NCBI RefSeq assembly: GCF_018350175.1
Contig: NC_058368.1
Coordinates: 56,050,001-56,114,000 of the forward strand
Source of the DNA: Felis catus
Taxonomy: Eukaryota
Reading direction: 5' to 3'
Length of the DNA: 64,000 nt
A program made the position numbers and the translations under genes. The notes below the pieces were generated by a model. That model saw only the letters and a list, made by a program, of their open reading frames with translations. It was not told the DNA's origin and made no database searches. This document shows, piece after piece, positions 40,478-53,333 of the stretch; the stretch's first letter is position 1, and every line of letters begins with the position of its first letter.

Positions 40478-40755
40478 TTTTTTTCTTTAATTCCCATCAC
40501 CTATTTCATCCAACCCCTGACCCCCCTCCAGAAGGTAACCATCAGTTTGTTCTGTATAGTTAAGAGTCTGTTTCTTGATTTGTCTTTCTCTCTCTTGCTT
40601 TTTCCTTTGTTTCTTAAACCCTACGTATGAGTAAAATTGTATGGTATTTGTCTTTCTCTGAGTAGCTGTATTTTGCTTAGCAGTATACTCTTTAGCTCCA
40701 TCTGTATTTTTGCAAATGGCAAGATTTCATTCTTTTTTATGGCTGAATAATATTC

Positions 40756-40789
<34 letters not shown>

Positions 40790-41156
40790 GGGGGGGTACA
40801 AACATACATACATATATACCACCTCTTCTGTATCCATTTCTCTATCCATGAACACTTGGGTTGCTTCCATAATTTGGCTATTGTAAATAATGCTGCAGTA
40901 ACGAAAGGCATGCATATCCATATGAACTATTCTTTTTGTATTTTGGGGGGTAAATACTTTTTCTTTTTTGATTGCTGTGGCTAGGACTTCCAGTACTATG
41001 TTAAATATGGGTTGTGAGAATGGACATCCTTGTCTTGCTCCTCATCTCAGAGGAGAAGCTCTCAGTTTCTCTATTGAGTATAGTGTTAGCTGTAGGTTTT
41101 TCACATATGGCCTTTATTACATTGAGTTATGTTCCCTCTAAACCTACTTTTTGAGG
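40478..41156 (-). mobile_element. L1 fragment with internal deletion and inserted (TG)n
   Basis: 40478-40957 is ORF2 C-terminus/3'UTR (AALFTIAKLWKQPKC); 40958-41156 is RT-region sequence (QGCP-like). Confidence 0.88.
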
Positions 41157-41166
41157 CCTAAATCTT

Positions 41167-41392
41167 TTTTTAATAGATTCTTTTTTTTAATGTTTATTTA
41201 TTTTTGAGAGAGAGAGACAGAGAGCGAGCAAGCAGGGGAGGGGCAGAGAGAGGGAGACAAAGAATCCAAAACAGGCTCCAGGCTCTGAGCTGTCAGCACA
41301 GAGTCCGATGCGGGACTCGAACTTGTGAACTGCAAGATCGTGACCTGAGGTGAAAATCAGATGCTTAACTGACTGAGCCACCTTGGCGCCCC
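41167..41392 (-). mobile_element. Can-SINE
   Basis: Perfect 15-bp TSD tgaggcctaaatctt (41152-41166 and 41393-41407). Confidence 0.95.
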
Positions 41393-42809
41393 TGAGGCCT
41401 AAATCTTAATAGGTCAAATAATCCTTATGTTACACAAACTGAGACACAGAATGGAAAAATAATTTTGGGAAAAAAAAAACAATGTTTTGAGAGATGCCTA
41501 AATTTTGACAATATTTTGCAAACAGTGGGGGCAATGTTCATCTTATCACATCTCACATGCAGTTCACTCTACATGTTCATTTCATCTTTGCAAGGAAAAG
41601 ATACTCTCTTAGTAATATGGAAAAGGGATGAAAAGGGATTCCTTAAATAAATTCTTTGAAACCTAAGAAGAGTTATATCAAATTTGTATAGAGAGTAAAC
41701 TCTGAGATTTAGAGGCATTCTTCATAAATTGTAATATACTCTACTTTCTTTGAAAGATATCTAGAGACCATACATTTATTTTGTTTTAGTCACTAATAAC
41801 TTTAGCATTAAATTTAGTATTTTAGAACTGGGTTTTTTTTTCCTTATAAAGAAATATAATAATGATGTAATGGGTTCAATGTAGCTGTACTTGTCATGAA
41901 CATGGCATAAATGTAAACTTACCAAATCACTAAACTAACATAGTATCGTGTGTCAATTATACTCAAATTTAAAAGAAGAAGAAAAATACTCTGTATCAGA
42001 GCCTATCCATTATTTTAAGTATATTATCAGTCTTTCACTAAGTTGAGAGAAAATGTGTTCAGTTTGTGTTTTGCATGACATTCTGTGTGTATGTGTGACT
42101 ATTAATGTGTTTTGTATTAATGACTCTTCATTATTTTTATTTCCTTCAAGGATATGTCCTATTTTGTAAACATCCTTTTCAAACTGAGGTTCCTTAAAAA
42201 GAATATAGCACTGTACTCTGTGTAATGAGTGCAGGACAGTGCTAGTACCATAAACCTCCTTGTTCTGTTTCTACCTGTATTAATACAGCGACAACATGAA
42301 TTAGGTTTTTATAGTAGCCATATTACAGTTGGAAATTGCTATTCACTTGTTTTGTTTATAGTTAAGGCTATCTTTTTATATGCTTTTATGAAAACATATT
42401 TATTATTCTTGTAATGTTATTTGAGGTCTATTAATCTTTATTTCATATTATCTTGGTTTTTTTGGACATCACCTAGTATCTTTTTAAATACTGGATCCAT
42501 TATCAAGGACATTTGCAATAAAAATATCATTATATACTCTATTCTATTACAACCATTATGCACTCTATTCTTTTTACAAAATATCTCATTCAAGTTTTAT
42601 TTCTAAAGAAACAATTTCTTTGGAAGACTTGTAACTAAAATATAAATTAAGTAACATATTCAAAACTTTGGAAAGTAACCTTGACAAATTAATAGGAGAT
42701 TCTTTTACTTGCTATTAGAAACCAAAGCCATGGCCAGAATGTTTAATTTATATTCTTGCAATCTCAAGATCCCAAGGAAATTTTGCTCCAAAATGCAATG
42801 TGAAACACT

Positions 42810-43376
42810 GTGTCAGATTGCATCATGTGAAGATGGTTACTGCTTCCATCCTGTATTTTCTCATTTCACCTAAAAATTTCCCCCATAAAGAAGAGGGATC
42901 CCTGTCCTCTCATAGGATCCGTGGTGTCACTTGTAAGCAACAGATCATGATACATATGATACTGTGTAAGTCTAAGAGTAGGTCAGAAGAGGTGATGCCA
43001 CATCTCCAATGTTCACTAGGACATATGTCTTTGGAGACCTGAGCCCTTTTAAGTTTACCAGCTATTCTGAGAGCATCATGGGGAGGAAACACACCAAGAC
43101 TCAGAGTGGGTTCTCTGGCAGTCAGTCTGAGCTGAGATCCCAGCCGCCAGCCAGCATGACCTGCTGGGCATGTAAGTGAAGAAGCCTTCAGATTGCTCGT
43201 TCCTCAGCTCTTGAGGGGCCAAGTTTTGCCAGCTTACACTTCTGAATATCAAGCAGCAAACACACATTACACCAACTCTGTCTTGTCTGAATTACTATAG
43301 TCCATAGAAATTTGAGTATTGGAAAGTCTTTGTTTTAAACTAAGTAATTTGTTATGTGGCAATGGTCAGTGGAACA
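42810..43376 (+). mobile_element. MLT1 (G/H-like) MaLR LTR
   Basis: aagatggttac, catgtaagtgaagaagccttcagat and a taatttgttatgtggcaat...ggaaca end. Confidence 0.7.
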
Positions 43377-43424
43377 TATCTTAAAACTATCCAAAGTCTA
43401 AAGGCAGGTAAGAAATATGATTTA

Positions 43425-44352
43425 GGGGGAGGGAAGAGAAGATGGTGGCTTAGGAGGATGCTGGGCTCACCGCACGTCCTGCTGATCACTTAGATTCCAC
43501 CTACACCTGCCTAAATAACCCAGAAAACAGCCAGAGGATTAGCAGAACGGAGTCGCCGGAGCCAAACGCAGACGAGAGGCCCACGGAAGAGGGTGGGAAG
43601 GGCGGCGAGGCTGTGCGCGCTCCACAGACTGGCGGGAGGGAGCCGGGGCGGAGGGGCGGCTCGCCGGCCAGGCAGAGCCCCCGAGTCTGGCTTGCAAAAG
43701 CGGAGGGGCCTGACGGACTGTGTTCCCACAGCAAGCGCGACTTAGCCTCTGGGAGGTCATAAGTTAACAGCTCTGCTTGGAAAGCGGGAAGGCTGGAGGA
43801 CAAAGGCAGGGAGAGCTGCTGAGCCCCCTGACGACAGAGCTCAGTTTGGTGGGGAACAAAGGCGCTCACCAGCGCCATCTCCCCCGCCCATCCCCCAGCC
43901 AAAATCCCAAAGAGAACCAGTTCCTGCCGGGGAACTTGCTCTGCGCAAACACCCAACTCTGTGATTCTGCGGAGCCAAACCTCCAGCAGCGCATCTGACT
44001 ACCTCCCGCTGCCACAGGGCCCCTCCTGAAGAGGATCACCTAAGGAGAAGCGATGTAAGCCTGCCCCTCCTGCCCCTGTGCACCTTGCCTACCCACCCCA
44101 GCTAATACGCCAGATCCCCAGCATCACAAGCCTGGCAGTGTGCAAGTAGCCCAGACGGGCCACACCACCCCACAGTGAATCCCGCCCCCAGGAGAGGGGA
44201 AGAGAAGGCACACACCAGTCTGACTGTGGCCCCAGCGGTGGGCTGGGGGCAGACATCAGGTCTGACTGCGGCCCCGCCCACCAACTCCAGTTATACACCA
44301 CAGCACAGGGGAAGTGCCCTGCAGGTCCTCACCACTCCAGGGACTATCCAAA
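43425..44352 (+). promoter_or_regulatory. L1 5'UTR internal Pol II promoter / CpG island
   Basis: GC- and CpG-rich island in an AT-rich window; YY1-like AAGATGGTGGC at 43439-43449; GC-box-like GGGGCGG motifs. Confidence 0.8.
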
Positions 44353-45243
44353 ATGACCAAGCAGAAGAATTCCCCTCAGAAGAATCTCCAGGAAATAACA
44401 ACAGCTAATGAGCTGATCAAAAAGGATTTAAATAATATAACAGAAAGTGAATTTAGAATAATAGTCATAAAATTAATCGCTGGGCTTGAAAACAGTATAC
44501 AGGACAGCAGAGAATCTCTTGCTACAGAGATCAAGGGACTAAGGAACAGTCATGAGGAGCTGAAAAACGCTTTAAACGAAATGCATAACAAAATGGAAAC
44601 CACCACAGCTCGGCTTGAAGAGGCAGAGGAGAGAATAGGTGAACTAGAAGATAAAGTTATGGAAAAAGAGGAAGCTGAGAAAAAGAGAGATAAAAAATCC
44701 AGGAGTATGAGGAAAATTAGAGAACTAAGTGATACACTAAAAAGAAATCATATATGCATAATTGGTATCCCAGAGGAGAAAGAGAGAGGGAAAGGTACTG
44801 AAGGGGTACTAGAAGAAATAATAGCTGAGAACGTCCCTGAACTGGGGAAGGAAAAAGGCACTGAAATCCAAGAGGCACAGAGAACTCCCTTCAGACGTAA
44901 CTTGAATCGATCTTCTGCACGACATATCATAGTGAAACTGGCAAAATACAAGGATAAAGAGAAAATTCTGAAAGCAGCAAGGGGTAAACGTGCCCTCACA
45001 TATAAAGGGAGACCTATAAGACTCCTGACTGATCTCTCTTTTGAAACTTGGCAGGCCAGAAAGAATTGGCATGAGATTTTCAGGGTGCTAGACAGAAAAA
45101 ATATGCAGCCAAGAATCCTTTATCCAGCAAGTCTGTCATTTAGAATAGAAGGAGAGATAAAGGTCTTCCCAAACAAACAAAAACTGAAGGAATTTGTCAC
45201 CACTAAACCAACCCTACAAGAGATCCTAAAGGGGACCCTGTGA
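44353..45243 (+). CDS. LINE-1 ORF1p (coiled-coil/RRM/CTD RNA-binding chaperone), 296 aa from ATG 44353
   Basis: Open frame MTKQKNSPQK...LQEILKGTL with heptad coiled coil (RLEEAEERIGELEDK) and L1 ORF1 motifs IIGIPE, ARHIIVK, ILKAAR, PRILYPA. Confidence 0.93.
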   Translation: MTKQKNSPQKNLQEITTANELIKKDLNNITESEFRIIVIKLIAGLENSIQDSRESLATEIKGLRNSHEELKNALNEMHNKMETTTARLEEAEERIGELEDKVMEKEEAEKKRDKKSRSMRKIRELSDTLKRNHICIIGIPEEKERGKGTEGVLEEIIAENVPELGKEKGTEIQEAQRTPFRRNLNRSSARHIIVKLAKYKDKEKILKAARGKRALTYKGRPIRLLTDLSFETWQARKNWHEIFRVLDRKNMQPRILYPASLSFRIEGEIKVFPNKQKLKEFVTTKPTLQEILKGTL

Positions 45244-45293
45244 GACAAAGTCCCAGAGACATCACTACAAGCAGAAAACATACAGACATCAAA

Positions 45294-48200
45294 ATGACTC
45301 TAAACCCGTATCTTTCTATAATAACACTGAATGTAAATGGATTAAATGCGCCAACCAAAAGACATAGGGTATCAGAATGGATAAAAAAACAAGACCCATC
45401 TATTTGCTGTCTACAAGAGACTCATTTTAGACCTGAGGACACCTTTAGATTGAGAGTGAGGGGATGGAGAACTATTTATCATGCGACTGGAAGCCAAAAG
45501 AGCTGGAGTAGCCATACTTATATCAGACAAACTAGACTTGAAATTAAAGGCTGTAACAAGAGATGAAGAAGGACATTATATAATAGTTACAGGGTCTATC
45601 CATCAGGAAGAGCTAACAATTATAAATGTCTATGCGCCGAATACCGGAGCCCCCAAATATATAAAACAATTACTCATAAACATAAGCAACCTTATTGATA
45701 AGAATGTGGTAATTGCAGGGGATTTAACACCCCACTTACAGAAATGGATAGATCATCTAGACACACGGTCAATAAAGAAACAAGGGCCCTGAATGAGATA
45801 TTGGATCAGACGGACTTGACAGATATATTTAGAACTCTGCATCCCAAAGCAACAGAATATACTTTCTTCTCGAGTGCACATGGAACATTCTCCAAGATAG
45901 ATCATATACTGTGTCACAAAACAGCCCTTCATAAGTTTACAAGAATTGAAATTATACCATGCTTACTTTCAGACCACAATGCTATGAAGCTTGAAATCAA
46001 CCACAGAAAAAAGTCTGGAAAACCTCCAAAAGCATGGAGGTTAAAGAACACCCTACTAACGAATGAGTGGGTCAACCAGGCAATTAGAGAAGAAATTAAA
46101 AAATATATGGAAACAAACGAAAATGAAAATACAACAATCCAAATGCTTTGGGACGCAGCGAAGGCAGTCCTGAGAGGAAAATACATTGCAATCCAGGCCT
46201 ATCTCAAGAAACAAGAAAAATCCCAAATACAAAATCTAACAGCACACCTAAAGGAACTAGAAACAGAACAGCAAAGGCAGCCTAAACCCAGCAGAAGAGA
46301 AATAATAAAGATCAGAGCAGAAATAAACAATATAGAATCTAAAAAAACTGTAGAGCAGATCAACGAAACCAAGAGTTGGTTTTTTGAAAAAATAAACAAA
46401 ATTGACAAACCTCTAGCCAGGCTTCTCAAAAAGAAAAGGGAGATGACCCAAATAGATAAAATCATGAATGAAAATGGAATTATTACAACCAATCCCTCAG
46501 AGATACAAACAATTATCAGGGAATACTATGAAAAATTATATGCCAACAAATTGGACAACCTGGAAGAAATGGACCAATTCCTGAACACCCACACTCTTCC
46601 AAAACTCAATCAGGAGGAAATAGAAAGCTTGAACAGACCCATAACCAGCGAAGAAATTGAATCGGTTATCAAAAATCTCCCAACAAATAAGAGTCCAGGA
46701 CCAGATGGCTTCCCAGGGGAGTTCTACCAGACGTTTAAAGCAGAGATAATACCCATCCTTCTCAAGCTATTCCAAGAAATAGAAAGGGAAGGAAAACTTC
46801 CAGACTCATTCTATGAAGCCAGTATTACTTTGATTCCTAAACCAGACAGAGACCCAGTAAAAAAAAGAGAACTACAGGCCAATATCCCTGATGAATATGG
46901 ATGCAAAAATTCTCAATAAGATACTAGCAAATCGAATTCAACGGCATATAAAAAGAATTATTCACCATGATCAAGTGGGATTCATTCCTGGGATGCAGGG
47001 CTGGTTCAACGTTCACAAATCAATCAACATGATACATCACATTAACAAAAAAAAAGAGAAGAACCATATGATCCTGTCAATCGATGCAGAAAAGGCCTTT
47101 GACAAAATCCAGCACCCTTTCTTAATAAAAATCCTTGAGAAAGTCGGGATAGAAGGAACATACTTAAAGATCATAAAAGCCATTTATGAAAAGCCCACAG
47201 CTAACATCATCCTCAACGGGGAAAAACTGAGAGCTTTTTCCCTGAGATCAGGAACACGACAGGGATGCCCACTCTCACCGCTGTTGTTTAACATAGTGCT
47301 GGAAGTTCTAGCATCAGCAATCAGACAACAAAAGGAAATCAAAGGCATCAAAATTGGCAAAGATGAAGTCAAGCTTTCACTTTTTGCAGATGACATGATA
47401 TTATACATGGAAAATCCAATAGACTTCACCAAAAGTTGCTAGAGCTGATACAGGAATTCAGCAAAGTTGCAGGATACAAAATCAATGTACAGAAATCAGT
47501 TGCATTCTTATACACTAACAATGAAGCAACAGAAAGACAAATAAAGAAACTGATCCCATTCACAATTGCACCAAGAAGCATAAAATACCTAGGAATAAAT
47601 CTAACCAAAGATGTAAAGGATCTGTATGCTGAAAACTATAGAAAGCTTATGAAGGAAATTGAAGAAGATTTAAAGAAATGGAAAGACATTCCCTGCTCAT
47701 GGATTGGAAAAATAAATATTGTCAAAATGTCAATACTACCCAAAGCTATCTACACATTCAATGCAATCCCAATCAAAATTGCACCAGCATTCTTCTCGAA
47801 ACTAGAACAAGCAATCCTAAAATTCATATGGAACCACAAAAGGCCCCGAATAGCCAAAGGAATTTTGAAGAAGAAGACCAAAGCAGGAGGCATCACAATC
47901 CCAGACTTTAGCCTCTACTACAAAGCTGTCATCATCAAGACAGCATGGTATTGGCACAAAAACAGACACCTAGACCAATGGAATAGAATAGAAACCCCAG
48001 AACTAGACCTACAAACGTATGGCCAACTCATCTTTGACAAAGCAGGAAAGAACATCCAATGGAAAAAAGACAGCCTCTTTAACAAATGGTGCTGGGAGAA
48101 CTGGACAGCAACAAGCAGAAGAATGAAACTAGACCACTTTCTCACACCATTCACAAAAATAAACTCAAAATGGATAAAGGACCTAAATGTGAGACAGGAA

Positions 48201-49112
48201 ACCATCAAAACCTTAGAGGAGAAAGCAGGAAAAGACCTCTCTGACCTCAGCCGTAGCAATCTCTTACTCGACACATCCCCAAAGGCAAGGGAATTAAAAG
48301 CAAAAGTGAATTACTGGGACCTTATGAAGATAAAAAGCTTCTGCACAGCAAAGGAAACAACCAACAAAACTAAAAGGCAACCAATGGAATGGGAAAAGAT
48401 ATTCGCAAATGACATATCGGACAAAGGGCTAGTATCCAAAATCTATAAAGAGCTCCCCAAACTCCACACCCGAAAAACAAATAATCCAGTGAAGAAATGG
48501 GCAGAAAACATGAATAGACACTTCTCTAAAGAAGACATCCGGATGGCCAACAGGCACATGAAAAGATGTTCAGCATCGCTCCTTATCAGGGAAATACAAA
48601 TCAAAACCACACTCAGGTATCACCTCACGCCAGTCAGAGTAGCCAAAATGAACAAATCAGGAGACTCTAGATGCTGGCGAGGATGTGGAGAAACGGGAAC
48701 CCTCTTGCACTGTTGGTGGGAATGCAAATTGGTGCAGCCGCTCTGGAAAGCAGTGTGGAGGTTCCTCAGAAAATTAAAAATAGACCTACCCTATGACCCA
48801 GCAATAGCACTGCTAGGAATTTATCCAAGGGATACAGGAGTACTGATGCATAGGGCCACTTGTACCCCAATGTTCATAGCAGCACTCTCAACAATAGCCA
48901 AATTATGGAAAGAGCCTAAATGTCCATCAACTGATGAATGGATAAAGAAAATGTGGTTTATATACACAATGGAATACTACGTGGCAATGAGAAAAAATGA
49001 AATATGGCCTTTTGTAGCAACGTGGATGGAACTGGAGAGTGTGATGCTAAGTGAAATAAGCCATACAGAGAAAGACAGATACCATATGGTTTCACTCTTA
49101 TGTGGATCCTGA
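45294..49112 (+). pseudogene. LINE-1 ORF2p (APE endonuclease, reverse transcriptase, CCHC), split by four frameshifts
   Basis: Overlapping ORF pieces carry [62 protein letters not shown] and [18 protein letters not shown]. Frame changes near 45500, 45725, 46860 and 47436. Confidence 0.95.
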
Positions 49113-50101
49113 GAAACTTAACAGGAACCCATGGGGGAGGGGAAGGAAAAAAAAAAAAGAGGTTAGAGTGGGAGAGAGCCAAAGCATAAGAGACTGTTAA
49201 AAACTGAGAACAAACTGAGGGTTGATGGGGGAGTGGGAGGGAGGAGAGGGTGGGTGATGGGTATTGAGGAGGGCACCTTTTGGGATGAGCACTGGGTGTT
49301 GTATGGAAACCAATTTGTCAATAAATTTCATATATATATAAAAAAAAAGAAATATGATTTAGGGGAAGATAGGATTAAATCTCATAGTATACTAAATTCT
49401 AAAGCAAAATAAGTGAATATATTTGCACACACACACACATATATATAAACACACATACATATATGTATACATTGTGTGCGTGTGTATAACCTTTTTTTTC
49501 CTCTGCACTCTGGCCTAATGCCATTAAAATTCAAAAGATAGTCTACTACATTATTTAAATATACAGTATATAATTTTCATAGTGAATACTTATATATAAT
49601 CACTCCAGTTATGCTTAATAAAATAACAATACCATGTTGATTTTATACGCAGTTTTAGTGTATGGAAAACTAAATGAGCAAATATTACTGTCATTGAGGT
49701 TATTTTGTCTTAATATCTGGTGTCTGAATATGTTTTCAAAAAGCCTTTGCTATAACTCCATAGGTAGACTGATAAAACACATTTTTATCCTTTTTGTATT
49801 TAGTTACAAGAATATGAAATAGCAGTAAAAAAACATTCTGTTGTGCAGTTTGTTTTTTTGTGTTTATGCAGCATTCCAGAAGGTCTTCAAATTGCATTGG
49901 GTAACATTGTTGAAAATTTCACTGAAAGTTGAAATAAACTTCACAAATTTATGTTTCAGATTTGGCACATGCTTGTTAAAATTTATTTTTTTCTATCGTC
50001 TTTTTTCTTGTTAATTTTATGAAATCTTCATGGATTTCATAAAGTAACTCTGAATTGTTTCTATATATTAGAATTTTCAGAACCTGGCCTAGCCAAAATT
50101 C

Positions 50102-50320
50102 TTTTTTTTTTTATTTTTTTAACGTTTATTTATTTTTGAGACAGAGAGAGACAGAGCACGAACAGGGGAGGGGCGCAGAGAGAGGGAGACAGAATCTGAA
50201 GCAGTTCCAGGCTCTGAGCTGTCAGCACAGAGCCCGACACGGGGCTTGAACTCACAGACTGTGAGATCATGACCTGAGCCGAAGTTGGACGCTTAACTGA
50301 CTGAGCCACCCAGGCGCCCC
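50102..50320 (-). mobile_element. Can-SINE
   Basis: Near-consensus reverse SINE; TSD caaaattcttttttt. Confidence 0.96.
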
Positions 50321-50701
50321 CAAAATTCTTTTTTATGCATGATATTGGCATATTATAAAAAGACATAGGATTTCAATATATATATTCAGTACTCACATTA
50401 TCCTGTGCTTCACATTTGTGGGGACCTCCAATTCTTTGACCCTTTTACTCTGCCACTATACCCCTTGTTTAGTCTTCCTTTACTACTAACCATGGATTCA
50501 TTTTTTTCAACCTTTCCCAGACTACCATTTTTTTACTCCTGCTATCCTTCTAAAGCACAATTCTGATTATAAATGAAACTACTTAAGAAAAATTTTATTC
50601 TGTCTTTACCCAATAAAGTGGAAATGATATATTTTCTTATTAAAACTAGCCAGTGCCACAAACATTTTATTAGTGTTAAAGAATCTAAAATACTCACCAT
50701 A

Positions 50702-50705
<4 letters not shown>

Positions 50706-50742
<37 letters not shown>
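50706..50742. repeat. (GT)n microsatellite
   Basis: Visible directly. Confidence 0.95.
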
Positions 50743-50745
<3 letters not shown>

Positions 50746-52084
50746 ATGCGTTGGGGGATGGGGTATTGTGTAAATCAAATGAACTGTTAGTTACAAATTC
50801 AGCCATAGCACATTATAATGTGTAAAGCTTTTCATTTATAATTTTAAAAATATATTGAGACCTTTTATTGACTTGTAATTTACTTTTATAAGTAGGAAGT
50901 TTAGAAAGTAAATAGGAACATATTTATGTTACCAGTGACAATTCATATATCTGAGGACTGTAGTGGGAGGAAGGAGTGTGAGTGGGCACATAAGAGTTTT
51001 CTTCATATTTTTTCTCTATACTATCTATACAATCTCCTATAATCTAAATTTAATATTTATTACATGTTTTCTGTTTAATTAATAAGAAAACTTGAAGGGT
51101 CTTTTTCTCCCACATCAGGAATTTTTAGTACCTTTAATTATTTGAGATATTGTGATAACTGCTGTGATTAACGCTTGAGAAAGAGAAAATACCACCTCCA
51201 AAATTTGGGAATGCTTCTTGTTTTTAGGGAAACATTAGGTAAATCCATTTCAGACTTATATAACATTTGAAATATAAAAAAATAATAATTACATGCTTAC
51301 ATCACTAGTACTACCACAATAATGATAGAAATTCAATGAAGAAAAGTTAAGTTTAGTATAAAATCTCTGTAAAGACTGAGCATCACAGTAAATGGTAAAA
51401 ATTTATAGTAATTGACCTGTTTTTAAGTATATCCCCTATATTGAAATAAATAGAAAAATGCTCCTACAATCTCCACTTAGAATGCCATACACAATAAGAA
51501 TGGAGGGTTAGAGAGGGTTGCAGTTACTGTTGGTGTCTCCCCAACCCTTTCCAGACAAAGCTTTCTATGCTAACTGCAAATATCAAACAACTAAAACCAT
51601 TAGCAGATCAAATGATGTCTTCAAAAACACCAAGAGAGAATTCCCTGTTGAACTCTAGAGTACTTTAATTCAGAAAGTTCAAAAGTTAATGGATTCATTC
51701 TTGTTTAACAAAATAATGTACGGAAACATGTCATTTCTATATACTCCAGTGTCTCAAAATCCACAAATACAATTTTTCAATTGCTATTGAGACTGATAAC
51801 TCAGAAATCATGAAGCCATATGTTGTAATTTAGAAATCAATAAAACTTTATGTAGACTTCTATAATAATATCTAAGTTCAATAGTCTTATTTAAATTCCA
51901 TTGACATTTATGACAAACTTAAAGTTTTCAGTGGAGGGTGACAGGACAGTGGTAATACTGTATATGTTTAAGATGTTTTAGCTGTTCCATGAAAATGCAT
52001 GTCCTTAAGAAGATAATTTTACTGTGCCTGAGATATTCTGCAGTTTAATTCTTCTCCTTTTTCAAGTAAGTTCAGTACATTAGG

Positions 52085-52183
52085 TTTATTTATTTATCAA
52101 TCTATTTATTTATTTATTGAGTATAGTTGACACACAATGTTACATTAGTTTCAGGTATACAGAATAGTGATTCAACCACTCTG
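52085..52183 (-). mobile_element. Very short carnivore L1 3' end with (TTTA)n tail
   Basis: gagtatagttgacacacaatgttacattagtttcaggtatacag. Confidence 0.7.
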
Positions 52184-53333
52184 CTTTTTTTAAAAATTAT
52201 TTTAAAAATAATTTATATATTTACGTTACTTTAAAAAAGTATGTGTGTTATGGAATTATACTTTTAAAAAGTTATACAGAAGAAATTTAATAATACTTAG
52301 GAAAAGATTAAAGCAAAGGAAAATGATTAGTTAACCTGAAAAATTATATAGGTTCATACAACATTTTTACCATGTGTCTTTTTTGAGTACACAAAAAATT
52401 TACTCTAATTTGAAATTTAATAATACACATGTGATTTTTCTTAGCATAAACTGTTGAAAGTAATTCCCACGCTGCTTTTCCCACTAACAAACATGCCTCT
52501 TTTTGTCTTTTAATAATTAAAATACTAAAAGCCAATTAACTTAATGGAAATCAGAATAAAATATAGTCAGGGTAATAAATCTTCCTCAAATATATATTGT
52601 AATATTGAGATCTAAAATCAAAATATACATCACCTCGAATATACTCTTCTAGTACAGATAATTGAGCTGACTTTTCATGTAGGCGAATGAATGAATAAAA
52701 TATCCCTACCACTGAAATCACTACGATTTGTGACTAACGGCAGCTCCGTTTGATATTCACCATACTTTTTCCAAATAGATGCTAACAATGCTAATTATGA
52801 TTATTTTTGGAAATTTCTATAATAAAAATTCATTAGTAATATTTTTATACTTTTATGTGAAATTATATTTATAAAAATATCTCATCAAAAATATAAAATG
52901 ATCCACTCAAAAATGTTTTGTTCTTGGTGTTTATTAAACTAATCCAGACCTTGGGATCCTTCATAGAGGCATCAAATAAGCAAAAATCTGTTCAAATAAG
53001 AAAGAAAAAGAAACTCTACATTCAGATATATATATTTAGATGGTTTCTTTATTTCAATACACTCAAGAACTCTTTCATAGATTCTGCCTCATGTAAGAAG
53101 ATATTTCGGATATTTTAAATAACAGTGAACTGTATGAAGAATATATAGTAAATCACAGTTTACATTTCCCCATCCATATACTGAAGATTAGTTTTGCTTA
53201 CCTTACATGTCATTGGATGTGATGTAGCAGACATTCAGATAATATCATGAAGTAGACTGTGTTAATGAAGGAATAAAGTTAGTTTTGGACAAATGTACAT
53301 ATTTAAAAATTATTTTAAAATTAAATTAAATTA

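Larger units (their letters stand above)
43425..49346 (+). mobile_element. Full-length LINE-1 retrotransposon (young feline L1 type)
   Basis: G-rich start, ~930-bp CpG-rich 5'UTR, ORF1, 50-nt spacer, ORF2, G-rich 3'UTR, AATAAA at 49320-49325 and a (TA)n/A tail. Flanked by TSD AAGAAATATGATTTAGGGG at 43410-43428 and 49347-49365; the G run makes the exact 5' boundary ambiguous. Confidence 0.98.

Noticed and set aside
44748..49182. Minus-strand ORFs within L1 ORF1/ORF2
   Set aside because: Antisense shadows of the A-rich L1 coding strand.
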